Shown one piece after another: positions 50,262 to 64,000 of a stretch of DNA of 64,000 nt. The notes under the pieces were generated by a model, which did not search any database, was not told where the DNA came from, and worked only from the letters and a program-made list of their open reading frames with translations. Position 1 is the stretch's first letter, and each line of letters starts with the position of its first letter. The DNA is from Octopus bimaculoides (Eukaryota): NCBI RefSeq assembly GCF_001194135.2, contig NC_068991.1:77432881-77496880 (forward strand), written 5' to 3'. A program made the position numbers and the translations under genes.

Positions 50262-51005
50262 CCTGCTTGTGTGTGTGTATTTGTGTGTTTCCACCATGCT
50301 TGCTAGTTTGCAAACAATGGCTTCCTGTTAGTGTCATTGACTTGCATAGCATCGCAAAAGGATATCTGGATGTCCAGGCTTCTTCACATCTCTTCATATG
50401 TTGCACGAAACTTTATAAATAAAGGGTTCCTTAAACAGTGTTGTTTCTCTCCAGTTCCCTGCATAAAACATGTCCAGGCTGTTAGTTTTTTGATTGACTG
50501 GGAGATTATTAACCCACTAGAAAACAAGCAGAGGTTAGTAACAGGAAGAGTATGCAGTGGTAGAAAATTTCTGCTTCAACATACACTCATCTGATGCATG
50601 CCAGCATGGAAAAGTAGATGTTAAAACGATAAAGATGGTGATGATGATGATGATACACACACACATGTCTATATATCTGTGTGTGTGTGTATTTATCTCC
50701 ACATGTCTTTGCAATGATTCTGTTTCAGCAGCGGTGATACGCTTATGTTTTCCCTAAACAAAATGTCAGGCTGCAGTTTGATGTGCTGAGGTGTGAAATG
50801 ATATCTTATTTGGCAAACAGATAAGTATTGGCATTAGGTTCCTATTTGAAAAGAAAGATCTTATTTTAGAAACAAATAAGTACCGGCATCAAGAAGAGCA
50901 TCCAAGTGTAGAACACAGCCTCAAAATGCCTCATCTAACCCATGCCACCAGTGGAAAAGCTGACATAAAACCAGTGGTGGTGATGATGAAGATGATTGTG
51001 ATGAT

Positions 51006-51036
<31 letters not shown>

Positions 51037-51216
51037 TGAGAATTGGAACGGTTGATGCTTCAAAGATACATTTGTTCAAATTTTTATGAATTTTTACTTT
51101 ATAAACGTAAAGATGTAGCAGTTCTACTCGTTCGGGGAGGAAGTACTACGTGGTACATAGTATGCCTTGGTTACTCTCTGCATATACAGCTATGTATACA
51201 CACATGCACGCACACA

Positions 51217-51263
<47 letters not shown>

Positions 51264-51839
51264 CACACACACACGTACACACACACGTACACACATATCA
51301 ATTGTGGAGATGAAAATAAAATTACCTTTCATAGTTGCACACACATGTGCACCGATATGCAGAAAAAATCTCTTAAATCAACGCATATGCACTTGTAAAG
51401 TGAAGAAAAAATCTCAAGTAGGGAGGAAACCATTTTTAGAGTCACACTCACACGTTCTAAAGCAAATTGCATACACTACTCATATTCATTACATACACAT
51501 CACGCACATACCTTGCCCCACACACACACACACACATGCTATTTACACATGCACACACATAATAAATGAAAAATAAATAAAAAGAAAACTGCTGAAGAGA
51601 GCTGGAAACAGACTGCAGCCTTGAGCTGTATCTCCAAAATAGACTGCAGTTCTTCCAAATGGTTCTTTTAATAGATCTTAAGGCCAGACTCTTCAGATCT
51701 GTTCACTAGAATATTGTTTCCACTAAATTTGCTAACTGGAAGCTATGATTTCCAGCTAATCACTGCAAAGAAATTTCTAAAACTAATTGTTACATAAATT
51801 GCATGATTTCTCCTTCGTTCCGTTCCAAACCATTCCACT

Positions 51840-53110
51840 CCCACAACCACAACCACAACCACTACCACTAGACACTACCATCACGTCCACAAGATTAGCA
51901 TCATTGTAATCATTGTAATCAGTACTGTTGAAGTTAAAACTACCACCAGCAGCATACCATAGCTTGTACTATCATCACAATCACTATCAACATCACGATT
52001 TCACGGTTCCTGTCTACTACTACTACTACTACTACCACTACCACTACCACTACTACTACTAATACTACTACCACTACCACTACTACTACTGCTACTTCTA
52101 TAGCCATCATCAGCATCACTAATCTAAGAATCATTTAAAGACAATACAACAAACTGCATTATCTCCATTACTCCTACAGTGACCATCACTTCTATGATCG
52201 CCACCACCACCACCACCACCACCACCACCACCACCATTTCTGTCACTGACATCACAACCAATGGCACTGAAAAACAAAACAAAAAAAATGGCCCCAAAGA
52301 AAAAAAAAGATACAACCATAATTACAATTATTCCTATCAACACGTGCATCAACATCAATAATTCCCCATCTGCCACTCAGAACTTCCTTTGCCACCACAT
52401 CACATACACNNNNNNNNNNNNNNNNNNNNNNNNNNNNNNNNNNNNNNNNNNNNNNNNNNNNNNNNNNNNNNNNNNNNNNNNNNNNNNNNNNNNNNNNNNN
52501 NNNNNNNNNNNNNNNNNNNNNNNNNNNNNNNNNNNNNNNNNNNNNNNNNNNNNNNNNNNNNNNNNNNNNNNNNNNNNNNNNNNNNNNNNNNNNNNNNNNN
52601 NNNNNNNNNNNNNNNNNNNNNNNNNNNNNNNNNNNNNNNNNNNNNNNNNNNNNNNNNNNNNNNNNNNNNNNNNNNNNNNNNNNNNNNNNNNNNNNNNNNN
52701 NNNNNNNNNNNNNNNNNNNNNNNNNNNNNNNNNNNNNNNNNNNNNNNNNNNNNNNNNNNNNNNNNNNNNNNNNNNNNNNNNNNNNNNNNNNNNNNNNNNN
52801 NNNNCACCTCCACCACCTCCACCTCCACCACCTCCACCTCCACCACAATCATATAAACACAAACATTATATAACCACTAACATTTCCACTTCAGTCACCA
52901 CCACTGCTACCATCTTCATATCCTGAACACCCATCATTGATCCTTACCACAACCACCACCTCAACCATCACCACAACCACAACCACCACCACCACCACCA
53001 CCACCGGTGCCATTATAGTAAAACCATTACCATCATCAGCATCACCACAATTATGTAATCACCAGCATCACTACTACTATTGCTACTACTACTACTGCTG
53101 CTGCCACCTA
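51840..53110. repeat. (CCA)n/(ACT)n/(CAT)n trinucleotide low-complexity region spanning a gap
   Basis: Directly visible. It explains the Thr/Val/Pro/Gly-rich ORFs in the track. Confidence 0.9.
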
Positions 53111-53356
53111 CACACGTCAGTGGTACCAGCACCTTCCCACTTCACACAGCAGTTAGTAATTCCAAACCAGAAAGGTGAAGAACAAGGTGTGGTTTGGAGT
53201 AGGTGGGGTGAGAGGGTGAGGAGGGGCAAAACTGAATGTGAGTGGATTCTATTGAAGTAGAAGAGCAACAACAAGAATTTCCTTACTTATTCACATCCAC
53301 ACTATCTCCCTTTCTCTCTTCTTCTCTCTCTCTCTTTTTCTCTCTGTATTTGTATA

Positions 53357-53410
<54 letters not shown>

Positions 53411-53412
53411 TA

Positions 53413-53452
<40 letters not shown>

Positions 53453-54357
53453 NNNNNNNNNNNNNNNNNNNNNNNNNNNNNNNNNNNNNNNNNNNNNNNN
53501 NNNNNNNNNNNNNNNNNNNNNNNNNNNNNNNNNNNNNNNNNNNNNNNNNNNNNNNNNNNNNNNNNNNNNNNNNNNNNNNNNNNNNNNNNNNNNNNNNNNN
53601 NNNNNNNNNNNNNNNNNNNNNNNNNNNNNNNNNNNNNNNNNNNNNNNNNNNNNNNNNNNNNNNNNNNNNNNNNNNNNNNNNNNNNNNNNNNNNNNNNNNN
53701 NNNNNNNNNNNNNNNNNNNNNNNNNNNNNNNNNNNNNNNNNNNNNNNNNNNNNNNNNNNNNNNNNNNNNNNNNNNNNNNNNNNNNNNNNNNNNNNNNNNN
53801 NNNNNNNNNNNNNNNNNNNNNNNNNNNNNNNNNNNNNNNNNNNNNNNNNNNNNNNNNNNNNNNNNNNNNNNNNNNNNNNNNNNNNNNNNNNNNNNNNNNN
53901 NNNNNNNNNNNNNNNNNNNNNNNNNNNNNNNNNNNNNNNNNNNNNNNNNNNNNNNNNNNNNNNNNNNNNNNNNNNNNNNNNNNNNNNNNNNNNNNNNNNN
54001 NNNTATATATATATATATAATTGTTAAAGAGGAAACAAACATTAAGGCAAGGCAAACATCTAAAGTCATATAAATTATTATTATTGGAGGCTTCTTTCAG
54101 TTTCCGCCTACCAAATCCACTCACAAGGCTTTGGTTGACCCAAAATTATAGTAGGACACACTTGCCCAAGGTGCCATGCAGTGGGACTGAACCCAAAATC
54201 ATATGACTGAGAACTGGCAAGCCGGGAGGCTGCACCAAGCTCCAATCGGATTTGGCAATGTTTCTACTGCTAGATGCCCTTCCTAATGCCAACCACTCTG
54301 AGAGTGTTGTGGGTGCCTTTTACATGCCACTGGCACAGGAGCCAGCCAGGTGGCACT

Positions 54358-54458
54358 GGTGAACACAATAGGTGAACTGCAATAGGTGAACCGCAATAGG
54401 TGGACCGTGATTGGTGAACCACGATAGGTGGACCGCGATATGGCGAGGGGTTATTGTC
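54358..54458. mobile_element. Probable Tc1/pogo-type MITE end with six 13-14-bp subterminal repeats
   Basis: Six units of ggtg(a/g)acc(g)c(a/g)ata followed by tggcgaggggttattgt, which reads on the minus strand as a ..taacccctcgccatatcgcgg TIR-like end. Confidence 0.45.
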
Positions 54459-56140
54459 CTTTTATATTTCGATGGGATATTGTGTTTTCTTTTCCTTTTC
54501 TGCAAACTGCCCATTTTAGCCCAAACACCCTGTAAGTATTTATAATTTACTGTTCCATTATTAGTGATGGGATCAGCAAGAAGAGTACTCCATCTAGTAG
54601 TGGCTCAAATTTAAATCCTGCATGTATGTATGTGTATATTTGCGTTTATGTATCTCATATAATGTTTCTCATCAATTTTTACTGCATTGTAATGTATGTG
54701 TATGTATCTGTGTATGTATATGTGTGTACGTTCATAAAACATCAGTCACTCAATATATACACTCAATATAAACCTATCGTTAATATCTGTCAGGCTTGAT
54801 TTGAGTCTCTCCAACTTAAATACTTAGAAATAAGAATGACAGCTTTTAAAACCACAAGGAATGATTTTTCAAGAAACCTTCACACCCCACATACAAAGAA
54901 ACAAGAATCACTTGAGTTGAAATGAATCAATAATAATCTATGCATTATCTAAATAATTCATTATAATCCTCACATCTGGCCTCAATCATTAACACAACTC
55001 TTTGTTAAAACCACAACATATATCCCTTCCATATTTTCTCCATTGTTAGAAATCCTTCATCCACAGATTACTATCAAAAGATCTTTTTGTTTACCATTCA
55101 TGAATTTGCATTGATGTTTATAAGTTTACCAGAAAACTTGTCCAAATACATGCCTCTGGTCACACTGAGTTATTTCATCATCATCATCGTCGTTTAACGT
55201 ATGCTTTCCATGCTGGCATGGGTTGTATGGTTTGACTGAGGGCTGGCAAGCCAGAGGGCTGCACCAGGCTCCAATCCCTTCTGGCAATGTTTCTACAGCT
55301 GGATGCCCTTCCTAATACCAACCACTCCAAGAGTGTAGTGGGTGGTTTTTACATACCACCAGTACGAGGACCAGTCAGGCAGTACTGGCATTGGCCATGC
55401 TTGGATGATGTGTTTTATGCCCCACCGGCATGGGAGCCAGTCAGGTGGCATTATCATTGATGTTTGTTAATTTTCATTTAATGTATGCAAATAATCTTGA
55501 CCATAAACGTGTTCTACACTTTTTGTGCATATCTATGCCCCTTGGTTGCTGGAGATAGGGTAGGACTGCTGTCATGCTGATGACAGCTACTGAGGTAGAA
55601 ACATGTGCCCTTAACAGTTCTCATCCTTCTTCTTATTGGCATGTCATCTTCAGAAAATTCTTCATCCTTGAGATTATCTCACCTTCTCATATGGAGCTGG
55701 TCTCAATTGCTGTATGGTAATTGTGACACATCTTCTTGAAGCAGAGACAATATTAATAAATCAAGAATTTATGTTATATGGTATTTGATAGACCTGTATT
55801 TGTCTGTGTTGTTTTCACTCCATTCTACTGGCCACTCTGAGTTATTTTATTTTAGCTCATTCTTGTTTCACACACGCACACGTGCGCATATATATGCGCT
55901 TGTTCATTTTTTATTCTGTTCTTCCATACTACCATATGTTAGATGATTACATATTGCTGAAATATTGTTTCATGGCTGGATGCTCTCCCTGCCACTAACC
56001 TTTACCTGCTTTTCAAGTAAGAGAGTTTTCATTTCACTTAATTTTGAAAGTGCACAGCAACCAGATGATTTGTTGGTTGAGAAATGGCTTCAGAGACATT
56101 GCCACAGCTCAGCAATATTTCATGTGATCACAGAGCTGTG

Positions 56141-56181
<41 letters not shown>

Positions 56182-56723
56182 TGTGAGCATGTGTATGTAT
56201 GTATGTGCAAGTGTATGATATGTGTTCATGTATGCACATATATATGTGTGTTTCTGCATATATATATAAGTATATATGAGTGGGTATGTATGTGTGTGTG
56301 TGTGTGTCTGTATATGTGCTTTTGTTTTTGTATGCATATATATCTATGAACACCCCCACCACCACACACACACACAAATACGTACATTGTTTATAAATAT
56401 TACTTAAAATACTTAAACGTTGCAATTTTATGAGGATAATTCTTATAGTAACCAATTTCTATGAGTTTTCAGCTGTTTGGAGTATTCTCACAAGAGCTAG
56501 AAATGAAATGAAAAATGTGAGCTTTAAACAGCTGTTTTTGCACAGTTTTTTTGAAAAGCAAAGATAAGCGTCATCTTCTTCATAACTTTCATATAATATT
56601 TCCAAATATTCAAACAACAGATAATTCAAAGGAAAACAGGCCTGGATTACCTGCTGAATGGTTGAAAATGTGAAAGTCAAACAACTGGAATTATGTGCCA
56701 TTTATAGCTATTATGAGTATACA

Positions 56724-56888
56724 GGTGCAGGTGTGGCTGTGTGGTAAGAAGCTTGCTTCCCAGTCACATGGTTCTGGGTTCAGTCCCACTGTGTGGCACT
56801 TTGGGCAAGTGTCTTCTACTGTAGCCTCAGGCTGACCAAAGCCTTGTGAGTGGATTTGGTAGACAGAAACTGAAAGAAACCCATTGTA

Positions 56889-56933
<45 letters not shown>

Positions 56934-57110
56934 ATGTTTGTGTGTCTGTGTTTGTACCACCACCATTGCTCGGCAATTGATGTTGGTCTGTTTATATACC
57001 AGCAACTTAGCAGTTCAGCCAAACAGACCAATAGAATAAGTACTAGGCTTACAAAGAATAAGTCCTGGGGCTGATTTGTTCTGCTAAAAGAATAAAAACA
57101 GAAATAAAGA
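56724..57110 (+). mobile_element. SINE family A, near full length
   Basis: gcaggtgtggctgtgtggtaagaagcttgc...gggttcagtcccactgtgtggcactttgggcaagtgtc...gagtggatttggtagacagaaactgaaag...aataagtactaggcttacaaagaataagtcc, then an A-rich tail. Confidence 0.9.
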
Positions 57111-57544
57111 GGAAAATGATGAAGAGACATTAAAAAGTGACTAGCTATTCATATCAGAAATATAAATTATTTCCATATATTTTTCCCAGACATGAATTTA
57201 TGTTTCTAGCAGTCTTACATTTAAAACAAAATGTTTTGTGTGTGAAAGGGAGGGGGGAAGGGAGAGAGATCTTCAATGATTGAATATGATGCTGGAAGAT
57301 AGAACACTAGTGTGAATAAAATCAACTATTTGTGTGTGTGTGTGTGTGGAACAAACTGACAGATCCCATTTCTTCTTCTTCTTCTTCTTATTATTATTAT
57401 TATTTATTATTATTATTATAACAGATTTAAGAAGTAGCTCAAATGTTTCCTTTCTTCAAAAAGAATTTGGTACATTTGGGAATCATGCACACAGAATGTT
57501 TGAGTTTAACAAATGCTATGTGAGAAGGTCCTGACAATATTTAT

Positions 57545-57857
57545 GTGTTGTTGTTGTTTGTTCCTTCTCAAGCCATACCTGGCTCATAAGGGCCGGTTTC
57601 CCAGTTTCATTGGTGTATAGGTTTGCCACCTGGACAGGACGCCGGTCCATCACAGGTGAGCTGCTATATGCAGGAGGAAAGTGTGAGAGAAAGTCGTGGC
57701 AAAAGAGTCAGCAGAAGTTCACCATTACCTTCTGCTGGAGCCACATGGAGCTTAGGTGTTTTGCCCATAAACATACACATCGCCCGGTCTGATATTCGAA
57801 CCCACGATCCCTCAACCATAAGTTCACTGCTCTAACCAGTAGGCCACGTGCCTCCAC
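57545..57857 (-). mobile_element. Complete tRNA-derived SINE (family C) with a 12-bp TSD
   Basis: Minus-strand head gtggaggcacgtggcctactggttagagc...gggttcgaatatc (A/B boxes) and an (AAC)n tail. The direct repeat gacaatatttat lies at 57533-57544 and 57858-57869. Confidence 0.85.
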
Positions 57858-58174
57858 GACAATATTTATAGCTCCTGTTAATTATTATTTTTCGCAATAT
57901 GTCTGTATCTCCAATTACTAATTATTAATATTATTTCTTTAAGATGAGTTCAACCCTTGCTGAGTTGTGGGTGCCAGATCAGCTTTTCACTTCTTTAGGG
58001 CTGATAAAACAATACCAGTTATATATTACATTCAATTCAATCTACTCCATCCTTCTTCTTGAAATTCTTGGCCTTGTGCCAATGTAAAGAAATCATTATT
58101 ATTTCCTTTGGGAACCCTTCATATATTTATTGTACCTTTCATAATTTAACTGCACACTCTCACTCACACTCTCC

Positions 58175-58222
<48 letters not shown>

Positions 58223-58954
58223 GCACACACACACACATTACTGACTTACCCCTATTTTTCCATGCTGGAATGTTGTTTTTACAGCTTGATGCCCTTCCTG
58301 CTGCTAACACTTCAACTCTTAGGTGGGAGTGGAGCCTTTTTGTTTTTTTGTTCTTTTTGTGCTATCAGGAAAACTGGGGCACAGCAGGGACCACTACACA
58401 ATGCCAAAGGTTGGGCTATGCACGCATACATTTATATATGCATACACACATATATATATATACACGCACATGCACATGCATATGAAGATAGAATGAGAAT
58501 AGTCTTATACATACATGTATATAAAAGCACAGACACACATAAACACACACACACACACACCATATATTTATAAACCTATAATTCAACATATTTTTTGCCT
58601 TATTCATTTTATGTTGTATATTTATTACTATTTCATATTTCACTGTAATGTTGCAGTGTATCTGGTATCACTGTGGTAACTGAAGAAGGTGGTGGTGGTG
58701 GTGGTGGAAGAGAATCGGTAGAGGTAGCACCATGCTGGGCTACATATCTGGCAGTAGTTAAATTATGTACCTGTACATTCATTCACACCGGGGTCAATAA
58801 AAACAAGTGCCAATCCTGTGTTGGGGTAAATTTCATAACCAGCTTTACAAATTTCCTCCCCTCCCCTCTTCTTCCTCCTCCTCCTCCTCCTCCTCATCAT
58901 CATCATCATTCTCACAAGTTTAGAAGATAATATATTTTTTTATTTGTATGTAAA

Positions 58955-59165
58955 TGCAGCGAGCTGGCAGAATCGTTAGCACACTGGGCAAAATGCTTAG
59001 CAGTATTTCGTCTGTCTTTACGTTCTGAGTTCAAATTCCACCGAGGTCAACTTTGCCTTTTATCCTTTTGGGTTCAATAAATTAAGTACCAGTTGCGTAC
59101 TGGGGTCAATCTAATCGACTGGTCCCCTTCCACAAAATTTCGGGCCTTGTGCCTAGAGTAGAAAC
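58955..59165 (+). mobile_element. SINE family B, well preserved
   Basis: gcagcgagctggcagaatcgttagc...ttctgagttcaaattccaccgaggtcaactttgccttttatccttttgggttcaataaattaagtacc...gggccttgtgcctagagtagaa. Confidence 0.9.
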
Positions 59166-60413
59166 GAATATTCTTTTTTATTTGTGTGTACGATGTTAAA
59201 AGGATTTTCTCCATCACTTTCACTCTACCATTTCAATCAGGGTGAGTTCATGTGAGAGCAAATGCTTTTACAGCTGGTTGCTGTTCCTATTCGCTAATAC
59301 AAGTAGAATTTTATACCTTCTATATTGAAATAGAATTCAATGATTTTCACAAGATTTGAACTCATGCCCACACTTTCAGCAGTGTGTACACATGAGATAC
59401 AATACTGTAAACCTTTTAAACCTAAAATGAGGCTAAGTCTATGAATATTTGGATCAAGTGTCTAAATCTTTGCTGTGAGTTACTAAGATTATAATTTTTC
59501 AGACAATGTCATCTCTAGTGATAAAAGCTGTCTTAATAGTTAAGGTTAATCTCACTTCATCACCAAGTATCTTATTCCTGGATGTGTATGTAATACGAGA
59601 CTAGATTTGAAATTGAATAGATGCGGGCTCATGGTTTAGGCAATGTTGTTTAACATGGCCTAATGAATAAAAGCATTATTACTTTAACTTTAGAATTAAA
59701 AGCTTTGAGTTCAAATCCAGTCTGCTACAATCTACGTATCTGAGAATAAAACACTTGATGATGATTAGAAATCAAATTAACCGAAACAGCATAAACATAT
59801 ATTTTAAAAGATGTTTCATTTCTAAAGGTGAATAGGTTAACTGTTTGAAAACTTATATTTAGATTAGTATATCATTCAACTACGGTAGTAGTTGAATAAT
59901 ATTCTTAGGCTGCAATTTACTCACATGCAGCATCTTTCAGAGCTTGTCGCTAATTCAGTTCTTAACCAAATGGAAAACTGTTAGCATTTTTCAAGTGGAC
60001 TGGTCCCTAGCTACATTTTGGCAAAACAAAAATTCAGATTTGATCCAGTAGAAAAAAGTTTTCATCAAAATTTGTAACAATGTTATAGGAGAGTAAGTAA
60101 TGCCTCCGATCAAGTTTAGATCTAAATAAACTTTTTTTTATTTTAAAAGCAAAATATATTTATCTTAGCTTCAATGATAGAAGAAAGCATGAGGAATTTC
60201 ATAGTTTGGTCTCATGCAAAAAAAAATTTGTATCAAAAATGAATACTCGAGTGGTAAGCTAACGTCCCACACACTGCAGCATCAATGACTTCTGCGTCTC
60301 TCTTTGAGGATATGTCGAAATGAATCTGACTCAGTGAGCTTCAGTTTCACTCTATTGTTTCAGCTGTTTTATTTGTAAATATTTTATTCTTATTTTTTAT
60401 TTTTTAATTCAAT

Positions 60414-60600
60414 TGGCAGTGAGTTGGCAGAATCGTTAGCACACCGGGCAAAATGCTCAGCAGCCTTTTGGCTGTCTTTATGTTTTGAGTTCAAATTCCG
60501 CCAATGTCAACTTTGCCTTTCATCCTGTCTGAGTCAATAAAATAAGTACCTGTTGATTATTTTGTAGTGCTGGCCTTGTGCCAAAATTTGAAATAATTAT
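60414..60600 (+). mobile_element. SINE family B
   Basis: ggcagtgagttggcagaatcgttagcacaccgggcaaaatgc...gagttcaaattccgcc...ctttgcctttcatcc. Confidence 0.85.
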
Positions 60601-60635
60601 TATACTAAAAGGGTTTTTGTTTTTCTCTTTTTCAG

Positions 60636-60704
60636 GAATTGAATGTTTGATGATATCAATAACTCTGCTTTGCAAAAGTGTCAAATACAACTTTTGCAAG
60701 TCAG
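60636..60704 (+). other. Candidate 69-nt spliced exon of an unidentified host gene (possible first coding exon or 5' UTR exon)
   Basis: Strong acceptor gtttttgtttttctctttttcag|G and consensus donor CAG|GTGAGT. An internal ATG gives MFDDINNSALQKCQIQLLQV. A different frame (IECLMISITLLCKSVKYNFCKS) is open throughout. Confidence 0.55.
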
Positions 60705-60974
60705 GTGAGTTGTCGTTATTTTGATATTTTCTCATTTTATTTCTTCATATTCAGGTATTCTATTCATAAAGAAGCTCTGTCATAAATTCTTAGGCCAGAA
60801 ATGGCCTTTCAGGGCTGATGTCCAGGTGGGGTGAATCCATCAGGTCTTCATGGTATTGAGCAAATGGGAGATGAATTTTTCTCTGGATTAAATATTAACC
60901 TGTCTTAGGAACGTACCAACCTACCTGTCTCCCATTTTTGACAACTAATTTCCCTGATGGACATAGGATTAGGT

Positions 60975-61515
60975 GAGTTCTTTTTGTTTTCATTTGTTTC
61001 AGTCATTTGACTGTGGCCATGCTGGAGCACTGCTTTTAGTCAAACAAATCGACCCCAGAACTTATTCTTTGTAAGCCTAGTACTTATTCTATCAGTCTCT
61101 TTTGCCAAACCACTAAGTTACGGGGACATAAACACACCATCATCAGTGAGGGGGGACAAACACAGGCACACTAACATATATATATGACAGGCTTCCTTCA
61201 GTTTCCGTCTACCAAATCCACTCACAAGGCTTTGGTCAGCTTGAGGCTACAGTAGAAGACACTTGCCCAAGGTGCCATGCAGTGGGACTGAACCCAGGAC
61301 CATGTGGTTGGTAAGCAAGCTACTTAGGGCAGTGAGCTGGCAGAAACATTAGCACACCGGGTGAAATGCTTAGCGGTATTTCATCTGCCGTTACGTTCAG
61401 AGTTCAAATTCCGCCGAGGTCGACTTTGCCTTTCATCCTTTTGGGGTCAATAGTACTGCCCTTGTGGAAAATTTAAATGAAATAAAGCCAGCTACTTACC
61501 TCACAGCCACTCCTG
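60975..61515 (-). mobile_element. SINE family A interrupted by a family B SINE
   Basis: The family A sequence ...ggtaagcaagctactta / cctcacagccactcctg is split by 61327-61489. Confidence 0.85.
61327..61489 (+). mobile_element. 3'-truncated SINE family B nested in family A, 9-bp TSD
   Basis: gggcagtgagctggcag... flanked by agctactta at 61318-61326 and 61490-61498. Confidence 0.85.
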
Positions 61516-62834
61516 CACCTATGTTGTTCATATTCATTAAAATACTCTTAGTAAGACTAAATTCAACACCAACACATTGGAAATCTTACTCCTTATCCAC
61601 TTAGGCATTTCATTTCTGCAATTCTTTTTCTCACCATTCCCATTCTGTGTTCACGTATGTTGTTGAGTATTCCTCAACATTATTAATAACCAGGTGAAAA
61701 ATTCTTATAGACAAGTGTCATATTATGTGTATTCTTTGATTTGAGATATAATACCCAAACACATGTACAATCAGTTTTAGAATTAGAAGCAATAGGGTTT
61801 CTTTGAATCAATAAAATTAGATAATTCCAGGCCTGATTAGAGCAGAAATACAAGACTAGTTTTTTCTTTTTTCCTTAATTAATCTTTTAATTAACTTAAG
61901 TTAGCATGCTGATCCGGAGAATTTCAATTTATAATGCTGATAAGACTAAGTTACAATGTTAGATGCTTGGTTTTTGGTAAGTTTTTCTACTAGTGGTACC
62001 GATCAAACCAAGCTACTCTGCTAGTTTCTTACAAAGGTTTTCTTTTGATTAGTAACGCTTTGAAATGCAGGGTTTCAACAGGTCCATCATCCTGTTGCAG
62101 GAATGGGGTTCTTGTAACATTGGTAATTGTAACTGTTGTTTAATCTCTAATCAGCACTGATTAAGCAGATCTATGATGAGACAGACCTGTGACCAAAAGC
62201 GTCCTAGCCATGACCATCCTATCTTTTTTTAGGATACACACACCCAGGGTGCCACCATATAATATGTCCTTCAGTTTTTAAACATCAGCGAGCAATTTAA
62301 GTGAGATTTAAGGTTATGTGATTACACAGAGAGACTCCACTGTTGGCTCAAAGCCTTAGGTTTTGTTTTTGTGTAGTACTTATTTGGTAATGGAATGGAG
62401 GAAATACCTAAGAGATTTAGCAGTCATACTGTGGAGCTGAATAACAATGTAGAAACACCCATCAACATCTTCAATGAGATAAGAACATCCTGGTCAGCAA
62501 ACCAAATCTAACTTCTTTCACTTTTATGTTAGATTCTACTTTACAAACCATTGTAGGACAGATTGTACAGCATTTTCCCGTTGTTTGATGGGTTTTTTTT
62601 TGTATTGAACTGCAGCCTTGGTGGAATATCACCTGCAAAAAGCTTGTTCATTGATCATGTCAACCTCAGTATTTATTTGAATCAGGCATTTATTTTATCA
62701 TTCTCTATTTATTGAATGGCTAAGTTAGTTTTGACATGAAAGTACTCTCATGGACTGATATACAAAGGCTCACACAGAAATAGACAGAGATATGCATGTA
62801 CACATATGCAGGTATATACATACACACACACACA

Positions 62835-62875
<41 letters not shown>

Positions 62876-64000
62876 TGATCATCTTGGGGTTACAATAGAA
62901 AACATTTAGCCAAGATGGGCTATACAGTGGGACTCGACCCAGAACTATGTGATTGTCAAACAAGCCTTTTTGACCTCATGGCTATGCCTGTGTCGCAAAA
63001 CAAACTTATGTGAAGTGCAAAACTTACAGCTTAATTCTAAGTGTTTGATCACGTTGAGAAGAGATTTCAGGCATAAGTCAACTACAGCAAATTATATCAA
63101 CAACAGATATTCTATGCAGTCTGGTTTAAAGAGAGACCAACTCTTCTAATATGAGAATATTCTATCTCCTTGAAACATTACAGTTCAACCACTGACTTAA
63201 CAATGCAGGAAGACTACTCGGTCATTCTCTATAGAATATACAACTTATAGACCAAATGTTGTGCTGGTGTCATTTGCAGTTGCATACATTTCTTAGCATC
63301 ATCTAATGTGCTGTTTAATTAAAAGTTCCATTCATATTTACTGAAGTAGAATATGATTAGTTGAGCAATGTTCGGTGCCTAAAGATATATTGCAATGCTA
63401 GCATTAGAAAACTAAAATCCATCTTGAACTGCCAGAATAAGTGAGATGTATGGAAACAAATATATTGTTCCTCCTAACATTAATTAATAGCACCTGGCTG
63501 TTTGGTTATTAATGTGATAATGAACAGACAAACAGTGTGTCTGATAAAATACATTTTTAATTTCCAAAAATGCTTCTTGCTTAACTCAACAATTTGCAAA
63601 TCATCCAACAACAAGGTTCAGTCTACAGTTATTTGTTGCTTAATTTAACTTCATTCCTTACCTGTCATCCCTCCCTCCCTGTCTTTCTGCATATCTAATT
63701 ACCTGCCTAAATGCTTACCCATCTCTGTCATGTTTCATGTTTCGATACAGTTAAACATTAAAACCTAAAATTTTAAAAATCCCCCCCCACACACACACAC
63801 ATACACAAAAAAAAATGGTACTCCATCAGTTATGACCATGAGGGTTCCTGTTGATCCGGTCAATGGAACAGCCTAAAATTAACATGTAAGTGGCTGAGTA
63901 CTCCACAGACAGGCATACTCTTAATGCAGTTGTCAGGGAGATTCAGCATGACACAGACTGTGACAAGGCTGGTCCCTTTGAATTACAGGTACAACTTATT

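Noticed and set aside
54358-54440. Short direct-repeat array as a CRISPR candidate
   Set aside because: The units are adjacent without unique spacers, the context is eukaryotic, and no cas genes are present.
54516-54536. Apparent micro-exon (ttttag|cccaaacaccct|gtaagt)
   Set aside because: Better explained as a Tc1/mariner-type TIR end (ta-cagggtgtttgggctaaaatgggcag on the minus strand).
420-63149. Most ORFs in the supplied track (YIYI, HTHT, VCVC, poly-I/L/N/T/V and X-filled ORFs)
   Set aside because: They are translations of dinucleotide or trinucleotide microsatellites, or they read through N gaps.

Overview
This is an AT-rich, microsatellite-dense animal genomic window from a gapped short-read assembly, with eight N gaps, most of them next to (TA)n tracts. 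The recurrent SINE/LINE families match what I recall from octopus genomes; that assignment is an inference. No ORF in the supplied track is a convincing intact host gene. Most are translations of microsatellites, N gaps or transposon relics. Recognisable coding relics are RTE and R4/Dong LINE fragments, a Penelope-like reverse transcriptase fragment, Tc1 and mariner transposase fragments, and an internally deleted Helitron. The only strong host-gene signal is one 69-nt plus-strand exon (60636-60704), so the window is probably mostly intronic or intergenic. The most interesting observations are: two hammerhead-ribozyme motifs in probable Penelope-derived DNA; a TSD-bounded Penelope-like insert with two template switches inside the endonuclease motif of an R4/Dong relic; a mariner composite with two outward-facing 3' ends; a 174-bp locally templated insertion flanked by a 33-bp duplication; and several long foldbacks that would form dsRNA if transcribed. 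I found no firm evidence for a wholly new biological system. The ribozyme/foldback Penelope-derived material is the best lead.
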